From the NCBI RefSeq assembly GCF_009914755.1, contig NC_060925.1: DNA of 64,000 nucleotides. The stretch is one strand, 5' to 3'. Below are positions 25,801 to 40,800 of the stretch, in pieces. The notes beneath the pieces were generated by a model, which was not told the origin of the DNA, did not search any database, and was given only the letters and a program-made list of their open reading frames with translations. Source of the stretch: the human T2T-CHM13v2.0 reference genome, Homo sapiens. Every line of letters begins with the position of its first letter. The stretch's first letter is position 1. Both the position numbers and the translations under genes were made by a program.

Positions 25801-28800
25801 TTCAAGCGCTTTAAGGTCAACGGCAGAAAAGGAAATATCTTCGTTTCAAAACTAGACAGAATCATTCCCACAAACTGCGTTGTGATGTGTTCGTTCAACT
25901 CACAGAGTTTAACCTTTCTGTTCATAGAGCAGTTAGGAAACACTCTGTTTGTAAAGTCTGTAAGTGGATATTCTGACATCTTGTGGCCTTCGTTGGAAAC
26001 GGGATTTCTTCATATTCTGCTAGACAGAAGAATTCTCAGTAACTTCCTTGTGTTGTGTGTATTCAACTCACAGAGTTGAACGATCCTTTACACAGAGCAG
26101 ACTTGAAACACTCTTTTTGTGGAATTTGCAAGTGGAGATTTCAGCCGCTTTGAGGTCAATGGTAGAAAAGGAAACTATCTTCATATAAAGACTAGACAGA
26201 ATGATTCTCAGAAAATCTTTTGTGATGTGTGCGTTCAACTCACAGAGTTTAACTTTTCTTCTCATAGAGCAGTTAGGAAACACTCTGTTTGTAAAGTCTG
26301 CAAGTGGATATTCAGACCTCTTTGAGACCTTCGTTGGAAACGGGATTTCTTCATATTATGCTAGACAGAATAATTCTCAGTAACTTCATTGTGTTGTGTG
26401 TATTCAACTCACAGAGTTGAAGGATCCTTTACAGAGAGCAGGCTTGAAACACTCTTTTTGTCGAATTTGCAAGTGGAGATTTCAGCCGCTTTGAGGTCAA
26501 TGGTAGAATAGGAAATATCTTCTTATAGAAACTAGACAGAATGATTCTCATGAACTCCTTTGTGATGTGTGCGTTCAACTCACAGAGTTTAACCTTTCTT
26601 TTCATAGAGCAGTTAGGAAACACTCTGTTTGTAAAGTCTGCAAGTGGATATTCAGACCTCCTTGAGGCCTTCGTTGGAAACGGGATTTCTTCATATTCTG
26701 CTAGACAGAAGAATTCTCAGTAACTTCCTTGTGTTGTGTTTATTCAACTCACAGAGTTGAATGATCCTTTACACAGAGCAGACTTGAAACACTCTTTTTG
26801 TGGAATTTGCAAGTGGAGATTTCAGCCGCTTTGAGGTCAATGGTAGAAAAGTAAATATCTTCGTATAAAGACTAGACAGAATGATTCTCAGAAACTCCTT
26901 TGTGATGTGTGCGTTCAACTCACAGAGTTTAACCTTTCTGTTCATAGAGCAGTTAGGAAACACTCTGTTTGTAAAGTCTGCAAGTGGATATTCAGACCTC
27001 CTTGAGGCCTTCGTTGGAAACGGGATTTCTTCATATTCTGCTAGACAGAAGAATTCTCAGTAACTTCCTTGTGTTGTGTGTATTCAACTCACAGAGTTGA
27101 ACGATCCTTTACACAGAGCAGACTTGAAACACTCTTTTTGTGGAATTTGCAAGTGGAGATTTCAGCCGCTTTGAGGTCAATGGTAGAAAAGGAAACTATC
27201 TTCATATAAAGACTAGACAGAATGATTCTCAGAAAATCTTTTGTGATGTGTGCGTTCAACTCACAGAGTTTAACTTTTCTTCTCATAGAGCAGTTAGGAA
27301 ACACTCTGTTTGTAAAGTCTGCAAGTGGATATTCAGACCTCTTTGAGGCCTTCGTTGGAAACGGGATTTCTTCATATTATGCTAGACAGAATAATTCTCA
27401 GTAACTTCCTTGTGTTGTGTGTATTCAACTCACAGAGTTGAACGATCCTTTACAGAGAGCAGGCTTGAAACACTCTTTTTGTCGAATTTGCAAGTGGAGA
27501 TTTCAGCCGCTTTGTGGTCAATGGTAGAATACGAAACATCTTCTCATAGAAACTAGACAAAATGATTCTCATGAACTCCTTTGTGATGTGTGCGTTCAAC
27601 TCACAGAGTTTAACCTTTCTTTTCATAGAGCAGTTAGGAAACACTCTGTTTGTAAAGTCTGCAAGTGGATATTCAGACCTCCTTGAGGCCTTCGTTGGAA
27701 ACGGGATTTCTTCATATTCTGCTAGACAGAAGAATTCTCAGTAACTTCCTTGTGTTGTGTTTATTCAACTCACAGAGTTGAATGATCCTTTACACAGAGC
27801 AGACTTGAAACACTCTTTTTGTGGAATTTGCAAGTGGAGATTTCAGCCGCTTTGAGGTCAATGGTAGAAAGGTAAATATCTTCGTATAAAGACTAGACAG
27901 AATGATTCTCAGAAACTCCTTTGTGATGTGTGCGTTCAACTCACAGAGTTTAACCTTTCTGTTCATAGAGCAGTTAGGAAACACTCTGTTTGTAAAGTCT
28001 GCAAGTGGATATTCAGACCTCCTTGAGGCCTTCGTTGGAAACGGGATTTCTTCATATTCTGCTAGACAGAAGAATTCTCAGTAACTTCCTTGTGTTGTGT
28101 GTATTCAACTCACAGAGTTGAACGATCCTTTACACAGAGCAGACTTGAAACACTCTTTTTGTGGAATTTGCAAGTGGAGATTTCAGCCGCTTTGAGGTCA
28201 ATAGTAGAAAAGGAAATATCTTCGTAGAAAAACTAGACAGAATGATTCTCAGAAACTCCTTTGTGATGTGTGTGTTCAACTCACAGAGTTTAACCTTTCT
28301 TTTCATAGAGCAGTTAGTAAACACTCTGTTTATAAAGTCTGCAAGTGGATATTCAGACCCCTTTGAGGCCTTCGTTGGAAACGGGATTTCTTCATATTAT
28401 GCTAGACAGAAGAATTCTCAGTAACTTCCTTGTGTTGTGTGTATTCAACTGACAGAGTTGAACTTTCATTTAGAGAGAGCAGATTTGAAACACTGTTTTT
28501 GTGGAATTTGCAAGTGGAGATTTCAAGCGCTTTGGGGCCAAAGGCAGAAAAGGAAATATCTTCGTATAAAAACTAGACAGAATCATTCTCAGAAACTGCT
28601 GCGTGATGTGTGCGTTCAACTCTCAGAGTTTAACTTTTCTTTTCATTCAGCGGTTTGGAAACACTCTGTTTGTAAAGTCTGCACGTGGATATTTTGACCA
28701 CTTAGAGGCCTTCGTTGGAAACGGGTTTTTTTCATGTAAGGCTAGACAGAAGAATTCCCAGTAACTTCCTTGTGTTGTGTGCATTCAACTCACAGAGTTG

Positions 28801-31800
28801 AACGTTCCCTTAGACAGAGCAGATTTGAAACACTCTATTTGTGCAATTTCCAAGTGTAGATTTCAAGCGCTTTAAGGTCAACGGCAGAAAAGGAAATATC
28901 TTCGTTTCAAAACTAGAGAGAATCATTCCCACAAACTGCGTTGTGATGTGTTCATTCAACTCACAGAGTTTAACCTTTCTGTTCATAGAGCAGTTAGGAA
29001 ACACTCTGTTTGTAAAGTCTGTAAGTGGATATTCTGACATCTTGTGGCCTTCGTTGGAAACGGGATTTCTTCATATTCTGCTAGACAGAAGAATTCTCAG
29101 TAACTTCCTTGTGTTGTGTGTATTCAACTCACAGAGTTGAACGATCCTTTACACAGAGCAGACTTGAAACACTCTTTTTGTGGAATTTGCAAGTGGAGAT
29201 TTCAGCCTCTTTGAGGTCAATGGTAGAAAAGGAAACTATCTTCATATAAAGACTAGACAGAATGATTCTCAGAAAATCTTTTGTGATGTGTGCGTTCAAC
29301 TCACAGAGTTTAACTTTTCTTCTCATAGAGCAGTTAGGAAACACTCTGTTTGTAAAGTCTGCAAGTGGATATTCAGACCTCTTTGAAGCCTTCGTTGGAA
29401 ACGGGATTTCTTCATATTATGCTAGACAGAATAATTCTCAGTAACTTCCTTGTGTTGTGTGTATTCAACTCACAGAGTTGAACGATCCTTTACAGAGATC
29501 AGGATTGAAACACTCTTTTTGTCGAATTTGCAAGTGGAGATTTCAGCCGCTTTGAGGTCAATGGTAGAATAGGAAATATCTTCTTATAGAAACTAGACAG
29601 AATGATTCTCATAAACTCCTTTGTGATGTGTGCGTTCAACTCACAGAGTTTAACCTTTCTTTTCATAGAGCAGTTAGGAAACACTCTGTTTGTAAAGTCT
29701 GCAAGTGGATATTCAGACCTCCTTGAGGCCTTCGTTGGAAACGGGATTTCTTCATATTCTGCTAGACAGAAGAATTCTCAGTAACTTCCTTGTGTTGTGT
29801 TTATTCAACTCACAGAGTTGAATGATCCTTTACACAGAGCAGACTTGAAACACTCTTTTTGTGGAATTTGCAAGTGGAGATTTCAGCCGCTTTGAGGTCA
29901 ATGGTAGAAAAGTAAATATCTTCGTATAAAGACTAGACAGAATGATTCTCAGAAACTCCTTTGTGATGTGTGCGTTCAACTCACAGAGTTTAACCTTTCT
30001 GTTCATAGAGCAGTTAGGAAACACTCTGTTTGTAAAGTCTGCAAGTGGATATTCAGACCTCCTTGAGGCCTTCGTTGGAAACGGGATTTCTTCATATTCT
30101 GCTAGACAGAAGAATTCTCAGTAACTTCCTTGTGTTGTGTGTATTCAACTCACAGAGTTGAACGATCCTTTACACAGAGCAGACTTGAAACACTCTTCTT
30201 GTGGAATTTGCAAGTGGAGATTTCAGCCGCTTTGAGGTCAATGGTAGAAAAGGAAATATCTTCGTATAAAGACTAGACAGAATGATTCTCAGAAACTCCT
30301 TTGTGATGTGTGCGTTCAACTCACAGAGTTTAACTTTTCTTTTCATAGAGCAGTTAGGAAACACTCTGTTTGTAAAGTCTGCAAGTGGATATTCAGACCT
30401 CTTTGAGGCCTTCGTTGGAAACGGGATTTCTTCATATTATGCTAGACAGAAGAATTCTCAGTAACTTCCTTGTGTTGTGTGTATTCAACTCACAGAGTTG
30501 AACGATCCTTTACACAGAGCAGACTTGAAACATTCTTTTTGTGGAATTTGCAAGTGGAGATTTCAGCCGCTTTGAGGTCAATGGTAGAATAGGAAATATC
30601 TTCCTATAGAAACTAGACAGAACGATTCTCAGAAACTCCTTTGTGATGTGTGCGTTCAACTCACAGAGTTTAACCTTTCTTTTCATAGAGCAGTTAGGAA
30701 ACACTCTGTTTGTAAAGTCTGCAAGTGGATATTCAGACCTCTTTGAGGCCTTCGTTGGAAACGGGATTTCTTCCTATTCTGCTAGACAGAAGAATTCTCA
30801 GTAACTTCCTTGTGTTGTGTGTATTCAACTCACAGAGTTGAACGATCCTTTACACAGAGCAGACTTGAAACACTCTTTTTGTGGAATTTGCAAGTGATTT
30901 CAGCCGCTTTGAGGTCAATAGTAGAAAAGGAAATATCTTCGTAGAAAAACTAGACAGAATGATTCTCAGAAACTCCTTTGTGATGTGTGTGTTCAACTCA
31001 CAGAGTTTAACCTTTCTTTTCATAGAGCAGTTAGTAAACACTCTGTTTATAAAGTCTGCCAGTGGATATTCAGACCCCTTTGAGGCCTTCGTTGGAAACG
31101 GGATTTCTTCATATTATGCTAGACAGAAGAATTCTCAGTAACTTCCTTGTGTTGTGTGTATTCAACTGACAGAGTTGAACTTTCATTTAGAGAGAGCAGA
31201 TTTGAAACACTGTTTTTGTGGAATTTGCAAGTGGAGATTTCAAGCGCTTTGGGGCCAAAGGCAGAAAAGGAAATATCTTCGTATAAAAACTAGACAGAAT
31301 CATTCTCAGAAACTGCTGCGTGATGTGTGCGTTCAACTCTCAGAGTTTAACATTTCTTTTCATTCAGCGGTTTGGAAACACTCTGTTTGTAAAGTCTGCA
31401 CGTGGATATTTTGACCACTTAGAGGCCTTCGTTGGAAACGGGTTTTTTTCATGTAAGGCTAGACAGAAGAATTCCCAGTAACTTCCTTGTGTTGTGTGCA
31501 TTCAACTCACAGAGTTGAACGTTCCCTTAGACAGAGCAGATTTGAAACACTCTATTTGTGCAATTTCCAAGTGTAGATTTCAAGCGCTTTAAGGTCAACG
31601 GCAGAAAAGGAAATATCTTCGTTTCAAAACTAGACAGAATCATTCCCACAAACTGCGTTGTGATGTGTTCGTTCAACTCACAGAGTTTAACCTTTCTGTT
31701 CATAGAGCAGTTAGGAAACACTCTGTTTGTAAAGTCTGTAAGTGGATATTCTGACATCTTGTGGCCTTCGTTGGAAACGGGATTTCTTCATATTCTGCTA

Positions 31801-34800
31801 GACAGAAGAATTCTCAGTAACTTCCTTGTGTTGTGTGTATTCAACTCACAGAGTTGAACGATCCTTTACACAGAGCAGACTTGAAACACTCTTTTTGTGG
31901 AATTTGCAAGTGGAGATTTCAGCCGCTTTGAGGTCAATGGTAGAAAAGGAAACTATCTTCATATAAAGACTAGACAGAATGATTCTCAGAAAATCTTTTG
32001 TGATGTGTGCGTTCAACTCACAGAGTTTAACTTTTCTTCTCATAGAGCAGTTAGGAAACACTCTGTTTGTAAAGTCTGCAAGTGGATATTCAGACCTGTT
32101 TGAGGCCTTCGTTGGAAACGGGATTTCTTCATATTATGCTAGACAGAATAATTCTCAGTAACTTCCTTGTGTTGTGTGTATTCAACTCACAGAGTTGAAG
32201 GATCCTTTACAGAGAGCAGGCTTGAAACACTCTTTTTGTCGAATTTGCAAGTGGAGATTTCAGCCGCTTTGAGGTCAATGGTAGAATAGGAAATATCTTC
32301 TTATAGAAACTAGACAGAATGATTCTCATAAACTCCTTTGTGATGTGTGCGTTCAACTCACAGAGTTTAACCTTTCTTTTCATAGAGCAGTTAGGAAAAA
32401 CTCTGTTTGAAAAGTCTGCAAGTGGATATTCAGACCTCCTTGAGGCCTTCGTTGGAAACGGGATTTCTTCATATTCTGCTAGACAGAAGAATTCTCAGTA
32501 ACTTCCTTGTGTTGTGTTTATTCAACTCACAGAGTTGAATGATCCTTTACACAGAGCAGACTTGAAACACTCTTTTTGTGGAATTTGCAAGTGGAGATTT
32601 CAGCCGCTTTGAGGTCAATGGTAGAAAAGTAAATATCTTCGTATAAAGACTAGACAGAATGATTCTCAGAAACTCCTTTGTGATGTGTGCGTTCAACTCA
32701 CAGAGTTTAACCTTTCTGTTCATAGAGCAGTTAGGAAACACTCTGTTTGTAAAGTCTGCAAGTGGATATTCAGACCTCCTTGAGGCCTTCGTTGGAAACG
32801 GGATTTCTTCATATTCTGCTAGACAGAAGAATTCTCAGTAACTTCCTTGTGTTGTGTGTATTCAACTCACAGAGTTGAACGATCCTTTACACAGAGCAGA
32901 CTTGAAACACTCTTCTTGTGGAATTTGCAAGTGGAGATTTCAGCCGCTTTGAGGTCAATGGTAGAAAAGGAAATATCTTCGTATAAAGACTAGACAGAAT
33001 GATTCTCAGAAACTCCTTTGTGATGTGTGCGTTCAACTCACAGAGTTTAACTTTTCTTTTCATAGAGCAGTTAGGAAACACTCTGTTTGTAAAGTCTGCA
33101 AGTGGATATTCAGACCTCTTTGAGGCCTTCGTTGGAAACGGGATTTCTTCATATTATGCTAGACAGAAGAATTCTCAGTAACTTCCTTGTGTTGTGTGTA
33201 TTCAACTCACAGAGTTGAACGATCCTTTACACAGAGCAGACTTGAAACATTCTTTTTGTGGAATTTGCAAGTGGAGATTTCAGCCGCTTTGAGGTCAATG
33301 GTAGAATAGGAAATATCTTCCTATAGAAACTAGACAGAACGATTCTCAGAAACTCCTTTGTGATGTGTGCGTTCAACTCACAGAGTTTAACCTTTCTTTT
33401 CATAGAGCAGTTAGGAAACACTCTGTTTGTAAAGTCTGCAAGTGGATATTCAGACCTCTTTGAGGCCTTCGTTGGAAACGGGATTTCTTCCTATTCTGCT
33501 AGACAGAAGAATTCTCAGTAACTTCCTTGTGTTGTGTGTATTCAACTCACAGAGTTGAACGATCCTTTACACAGAGCAGACTTGAAACACTCTTTTTGTG
33601 GAATTTGCAAGTGGAGATTTCAGCCGCTTTGAGGTCAATAGTAGAAAAGGAAATATCTTCGTAGAAAAACTAGACAGAATGATTCTCAGAAACTCCTTTG
33701 TGATGTGTGTGTTCAACTCACAGAATTTAACCTTTCTTTTCATAGAGCAGTTAGTAAACACTCTGTTTATAAAGTCTGCCAGTGGATATTCAGACCCCTT
33801 TGAGGCCTTCGTTGGAAACGGGATTTCTTCATATTATGCTAGACAGAAGAATTCTCAGTAACTTCCTTGTGTTGTGTGTATTCAACTGACAGAGTTGAAC
33901 TTTCATTTAGAGAGAGCAGATTTGAAACACTGTTTTTGTGGAATTTGCAAGTGGAGATTTCAAGCGCTTTGGGGCCAAAGGCAGAAAAGGAAATATCTTC
34001 GTATAAAAACTAGACAGAATCATTCTCAGAAACTGCTGCGTGATGTGTGCGTTCAACTCTCAGAGTTTAACTTTTCTTTTCATTCAGCGGTTTGGAAACA
34101 CTCTGTTTGTAAAGTCTGCACGTGGATATTTTGACCACTTAGAGGCCTTCGTTGGAAACGGGTTTTTTTCATGTAAGGCTAGACAGAAGAATTCCCAGTA
34201 ACTTCCTTGTGTTGTGTGCATTCAACTCACAGAGTTGAACGTTCCCTTAGACAGAGCAGATTTGAAACACTCTATTTGTGCAATTTGCAAGTGTAGATTT
34301 CAAGCGCTTTAAGGTCAACGGCAGAAAAGGAAATATCTTCGTTTCAAAACTAGACAGAATCATTCCCACAAACTGCGTTGTGATGTGTTCGTTCAACTCA
34401 CAGAGTTTAACCTTTCTGTTCATAGAGCAGTTAGGAAACACTCTGTTTGTAAAGTCTGTAAGTGGATATTCTGACATCTTGTGGCCTTCGTTCGAAACGG
34501 GATTTCTTCATATTCTGCTAGACAGAAGAATTCTCAGTAACTTCCTTGTGTTGTGTGTATTCAACTCACAGAGTTGAACGATCCTTTACACAGAGCAGAC
34601 TTGAAACACTCTTTTTGTGGAATTTGCAAGTGGAGATTTCAGCCGCTTTGAGGTCAATGGTAGAAAAGGAAACTATCTTCATATAAAGACTAGACAGAAT
34701 GATTCTCAGAAAATCTTTTGTGATGTGTGCGTTCAACTCACAGAGTTTAACTTTTCTTCTCATAGAGCAGTTAGGAAACACTCTGTTTGTAAAGTCTGCA

Positions 34801-37800
34801 AGTGGATATTCAGACCTCTTTGAGACCTTCGTTGGAAACGGGATTTCTTCATATTATGCTAGACAGAATAATTCTCAGTAACTTCATTGTGTTGTGTGTA
34901 TTCAACTCACAGAGTTGAAGGATCCTTTACAGAGAGCAGGCTTGAAACACTCTTTTTGTCGAATTTGCAAGTGGAGATTTCAGCCGCTTTGAGGTCAATG
35001 GTAGAACAGGAAATATCTTCTTATAGAAACTAGACAGAATGATTCTCATGAACTCCTTTGTGATGTGTGCGTTCAACTCACAGAGTTTAACCTTTCTGTT
35101 CATAGAGCAGTTAGGAAACACTCTGTTTGTAAAGTCTGCAAGTGGATATTCAGACCTCCTTGAGGCCTTCGTTGGAAACGGGATTTCTTCATATTCTGCT
35201 AGACAGAAGAATTCTCAGTAACTTCCTTGTGTTGTGTTTATTCAACTCACAGAGTTGAATGATCCTTTACACAGAGCAGACTTGAAACACTCTTTTTGTG
35301 GAATTTGCAAGTGGAGATTTCAGCCGCTTTGAGGTCAATGGTAGAAAAGTAAATATCTTCCTATAAAGACTAGACAGAATGATTCTCAGAAACTCCTTTG
35401 TGATGTGTGCGTTCAACTCACAGAGTTTAACCTTTCTGTTCATAGAGCAGTTAGGAAACACTCTGTTTGTAAAGTCTGCAAGTGGATATTCAGACCTCCT
35501 TGAGGCCTTCGTTGGAAACGGGATTTCTTCATATTCTGCTAGACAGAAGAATTCTCAGTAACTTCCTTGTGTTGTGTGTATTCAACTCACAGAGTTGAAC
35601 GATCCTTTACACAGAGCAGACTTGAAACACTCTTTTTGTGGAATTTGCAAGTGGAGATTTCAGCCGCTTTGAGGTCAATGGTAGAAAAGGAAACTATCTT
35701 CATATAAAGACTAGACAGAATGATTCTCAGAAAATCTTTTGTGATGTGTGCGTTCAACTCACAGAGTTTAACTTTTCTTCTCATAGAGCAGTTAGGAAAC
35801 ACTCTGTTTGTAAAGTCTGCAAGTGGATATTCAGACCTCTTTGAGGCCTTCGTTGGAAACGGGATTTCTTCATATTATGCTAGACAGAATAATTCTCAGT
35901 AACTTCCTTGTGTTGTGTGTATTCAACTCACAGAGTTGAACGATCCTTTACAGACAGCAGGCTTGAAACACTCTTTTTGTCGAATTTGCAAGTGGAGATT
36001 TCAGCCGCTTTGTGGTCAATGGTAGAATACGAAACATCTTCTTATAGAAACTAGACAAAATGATTCTCATGAACTCCTTTGTGATGTGTGCGTTCAACTC
36101 ACAGAGTTTAACCTTTCTTTTCATAGAGCAGTTAGGAAACACTCTGTTTGTAAAGTCTGCAAGTGGATATTCAGACCTCCTTGAGGCCTTCGTTGGAAAC
36201 GGGATTTCTTCATATTCTGCTAGACAGAAGAATTCTCAGTAACTTCCTTGTGTTGTGTTTATTCAACTCACAGAGTTGAATGATCCTTTACACAGAGCAG
36301 ACTTGAAACACTCTTTTTGTGGAATTTGCAAGTGGAGATTTCAGCCGCTTTGAGGTCAATGGTAGAAAGGTAAATATCTTCGTATAAAGACTAGACAGAA
36401 TGATTCTCAGAAACTCCTTTGTGATGTGTGCGTTCAACTCACAGAGTTTAACCTTTCTGTTCATAGAGCAGTTAGGAAACACTCTGTTTGTAAAGTCTGC
36501 AAGTGGATATTCAGACCTCCTTGAGGCCTTCGTTGGAAACGGGATTTCTTCATATTCTGCTAGACAGAAGAATTCTCAGTAACTTCCTTGTGTTGTGTGT
36601 ATTCAACTCACAGAGTTGAACGATCCTTTACACAGAGCAGACTTGAAACACTCTTTTTGTGGAATTTGCAAGTGGAGATTTCAGCCGCTTTGAGGTCAAT
36701 AGTAGAAAAGGAAATATCTTCGTAGAAAAACTAGACAGAATGATTCTCAGAAACTCCTTTGTGATGTGTGTGTTCAACTCACAGAGTTTAACCTTTCTTT
36801 TCATAGAGCAGTTAGTAAACACTCTGTTTATAAAGTCTGCAAGTGGATATTCAGACCCCTTTGAGGCCTTCGTTGGAAACGGGATTTCTTCATATTATGC
36901 TAGACAGAAGAATTCTCAGTAACTTCCTTGTGTTGTGTGTATTCAACTGACAGAGTTGAACTTTCATTTAGAGAGAGCAGATTTGAAACACTGTTTTTGT
37001 GGAATTTGCAAGTGGAGATTTCAAGCGCTTTGGGGCCAAAGGCAGAAAAGGAAATATCTTCGTATAAAAACTAGACAGAATCATTCTCAGAAACTGCTGC
37101 GTGATGTGTGCGTTCAACTCTCAGAGTTTAACTTTTCTTTTCATTCAGCGGTTTGGAAACACTGTGTTTGTAAAGTCTGCACGTGGATATTTTGACCACT
37201 TAGAGGCCTTCGTTGGAAACGGGTTTTTTTCATGTAAGGCTAGACAGAAGAATTCCCAGTAACTTCCTTGTGTTGTGTGCATTCAACTCACAGAGTTGAA
37301 AGTTCCCTTAGACAGAGCAGATTTGAAACACTCTATTTGTGCAATTTCCAAGTGTAGATTTCAAGCGCTTTAAGGTCAACGGCAGAAAAGGAAATATCTT
37401 CGTTTCAAAACTAGAGAGAATCATTCCCACAAACTGCGTTGTGATGTGTTCGTTCAACTCACAGAGTTTAACCTTTCTGTTCATAGAGCAGTTAGGAAAC
37501 ACTCTGTTTGTAAAGTCTGTAAGTGGATATTCTGACATCTTGTGGCCTTCGTTGGAAACGGGATTTCTTCATATTCTGCTAGACAGAAGAATTCTCAGTA
37601 ACTTCCTTGTGTTGTGTGTATTCAACTCACAGAGTTGAACGATCCTTTACACAGAGCAGACTTGAAACACTCTTTTTGTGGAATTTGCAAGTGGAGATTT
37701 CAGCCTCTTTGAGGTCAATGGTAGAAAAGGAAACTATCTTCATATAAAGACTAGACAGAATGATTCTCAGAAAATCTTTTGTGATGTGTGCGTTCAACTC

Positions 37801-40800
37801 ACAGAGTTTAACTTTTCTTCTCATAGAGCAGTTAGGAAACACTCTGTTTGTAAAGTCTGCAAGTGGATATTCAGACCTCTTTGAAGCCTTCGTTGGAAAC
37901 GGGATTTCTTCATATTATGCTAGACAGAATAATTCTCAGTAACTTCCTTGTGTTGTGTGTATTCAACTCACAGAGTTGAATGATCCTTTACAGAGATCAG
38001 GATTGAAACACTCTTTTTGTCGAATTTGCAAGTGGAGATTTCAGCCGCTTTGAGGTCAATGGTAGAATAGGAAATATCTTCTTATAGAAACTAGACAGAA
38101 TGATTCTCATAAACTCCTTTGTGATGTGTGCGTTCAACTCACAGAGTTTAACCTTTCTTTTCATAGAGCAGTTAGGAAACACTCTGTTTGTAAAGTCTGC
38201 AAGTGGATATTCAGAGCTCCTTGAGGCCTTCGTTGGAAACGGGATTTCTTCATATTCTGCTAGACAGAAGAATTCTCAGTAACTTCCTTGTGTTGTGTTT
38301 ATTCAACTCACAGAGTTGAATGATCCTTTACACAGAGCAGACTTGAAACACTCTTTTTGTGGAATTTGCAAGTGGAGATTTCAGCCGCTTTGAGGTCAAT
38401 GGTAGAAAAGTAAATATCTTCGTATAAAGACTAGACAGAATGATTCTCAGAAACTCCTTTGTGATGTGTGCGTTCAACTCACAGAGTTTAACCTTTCTGT
38501 TCATAGAGCAGTTAGGAAACACTCTGTTTGTAAAGTCTGCAAGTGGATATTCAGACCTCCTTGAGGCCTTCGTTGGAAACGGGATTTCTTCATATTCTGC
38601 TAGACAGAAGAATTCTCAGTAACTTCCTTGTGTTGTGTGTATTCAACTCACAGAGTTGAACGATCCTTTACACAGAGCAGACTTGAAACACTCTTCTTGT
38701 GGAATTTGCAAGTGGAGATTTCAGCCGCTTTGAGGTCAATGGTAGAAAAGGAAATATCTTCGTATAAAGACTAGACAGAATGATTCTCAGAAACTCCTTT
38801 GTGATGTGTGCGTTCAACTCACAGAGTTTAACTTTTCTTTTCATAGAGCAGTTAGGAAACACTCTGTTTGTAAAGTCTGCAAGTGGATATTCAGACCTCT
38901 TTGAGGCCTTCGTTGGAAACGGGATTTCTTCATATTATGCTAGACAGAAGAATTCTCAGTAACTTCCTTGTGTTGTGTGTATTCAACTCACAGAGTTGAA
39001 CGATCCTTTACACAGAGCAGACTTGAAACATTCTTTTTGTGGAATTTGCAAGTGGAGATTTCAGCCGCTTTGAGGTCAATGGTAGAATAGGAAATATCTT
39101 CCTATAGAAACTAGACAGAACGATTCTCAGAAACTCCTTTGTGATGTGTGCGTTCAACTCACAGAGTTTAACCTTTCTTTTCATAGAGCAGTTAGGAAAC
39201 ACTCTGTTTGTAAAGTCTGCAAGTGGATATTCAGACCTCTTTGAGGCCTTCGTTGGAAACGGGATTTCTTCCTATTCTGCTAGACAGAAGAATTCTCAGT
39301 AACTTCCTTGTGTTGTGTGTATTCAACTCACAGAGTTGAACGATCCTTTACACAGAGCAGACTTGAAACACTCTTTTTGTGGAATTTGCAAGTGGAGATT
39401 TCAGCCGCTTTGAGGTCAATAGTAGAAAAGGAAATATCTTCGTAGAAAAACTAGACAGAATGATTCTCAGAAACTCCTTTGTGATGTGTGTGTTCAACTC
39501 ACAGAATTTAACCTTTCTTTTCATAGAGCAGTTAGTAAACACTCTGTTTATAAAGTCTGCCAGTGGATATTCAGACCCCTTTGAGGCCTTCGTTGGAAAC
39601 GGGATTTCTTCATATTATGCTAGACAGAAGAATTCTCAGTAACTTCCTTGTGTTGTGTGTATTCAACTGACAGAGTTGAACTTTCATTTAGAGAGAGCAG
39701 ATTTGAAACACTGTTTTTGTGGAATTTGCAAGTGGAGATTTCAAGCGCTTTGGGGCCAAAGGCAGAAAAGGAAATATCTTCGTATAAAAACTAGACAGAA
39801 TCATTCTCAGAAACTGCTGCGTGATGTGTGCGTTCAACTCTCAGAGTTTAACTTTTCTTTTCATTCAGCGGTTTGGAAACACTCTGTTTGTAAAGTCTGC
39901 ACGTGGATATTTTGACCACTTAGAGGCCTTCGTTGGAAACGGGTTTTTTTCATGTAAGGCTAGACAGAAGAATTCCCAGTAACTTCCTTGTGTTGTGTGC
40001 ATTCAACTCACAGAGTTGAACGTTCCCTTAGACAGAGCAGATTTGAAACACTCTATTTGTGCAATTTGCAAGTGTAGATTTCAAGCGCTTTAAGGTCAAC
40101 GGCAGAAAAGGAAATATCTTCGTTTCAAAACTAGACAGAATCATTCCCACAAACTGCGTTGTGATGTGTTCGTTCAACTCACAGAGTTTAACCTTTCTGT
40201 TCATAGAGCAGTTAGGAAACACTCTGTTTGTAAAGTCTGTAAGTGGATATTCTGACATCTTGTGGCCTTCGTTGGAAACGGGATTTCTTCATATTCTGCT
40301 AGACAGAAGAATTCTCAGTAACTTCCTTGTGTTGTGTGTATTCAACTCACAGAGTTGAACGATCCTTTACACAGAGCAGACTTGAAACACTCTTTTTGTG
40401 GAATTTGCAAGTGGAGATTTCAGCCGCTTTGAGGTCAATGGTAGAAAAGGAAACTATCTTCATATAAAGACTAGACAGAATGATTCTCAGAAAATCTTTT
40501 GTGATGTGTGCGTTCAACTCACAGAGTTTAACTTTTCTTCTCATAGAGCAGTTAGGAAACACTCTGTTTGTAAAGTCTGCAAGTGGATATTCAGACCTCT
40601 TTGAGACCTTCGTTGGAAACGGGATTTCTTCATATTATGCTAGACAGAATAATTCTCAGTAACTTCATTGTGTTGTGTGTATTCAACTCACAGAGTTGAA
40701 GGATCCTTTACAGAGAGCAGGCTTGAAACACTCTTTTTGTCGAATTTGCAAGTGGAGATTTCAGCCGCTTTGAGGTCAATGGTAGAATAGGAAATATCTT

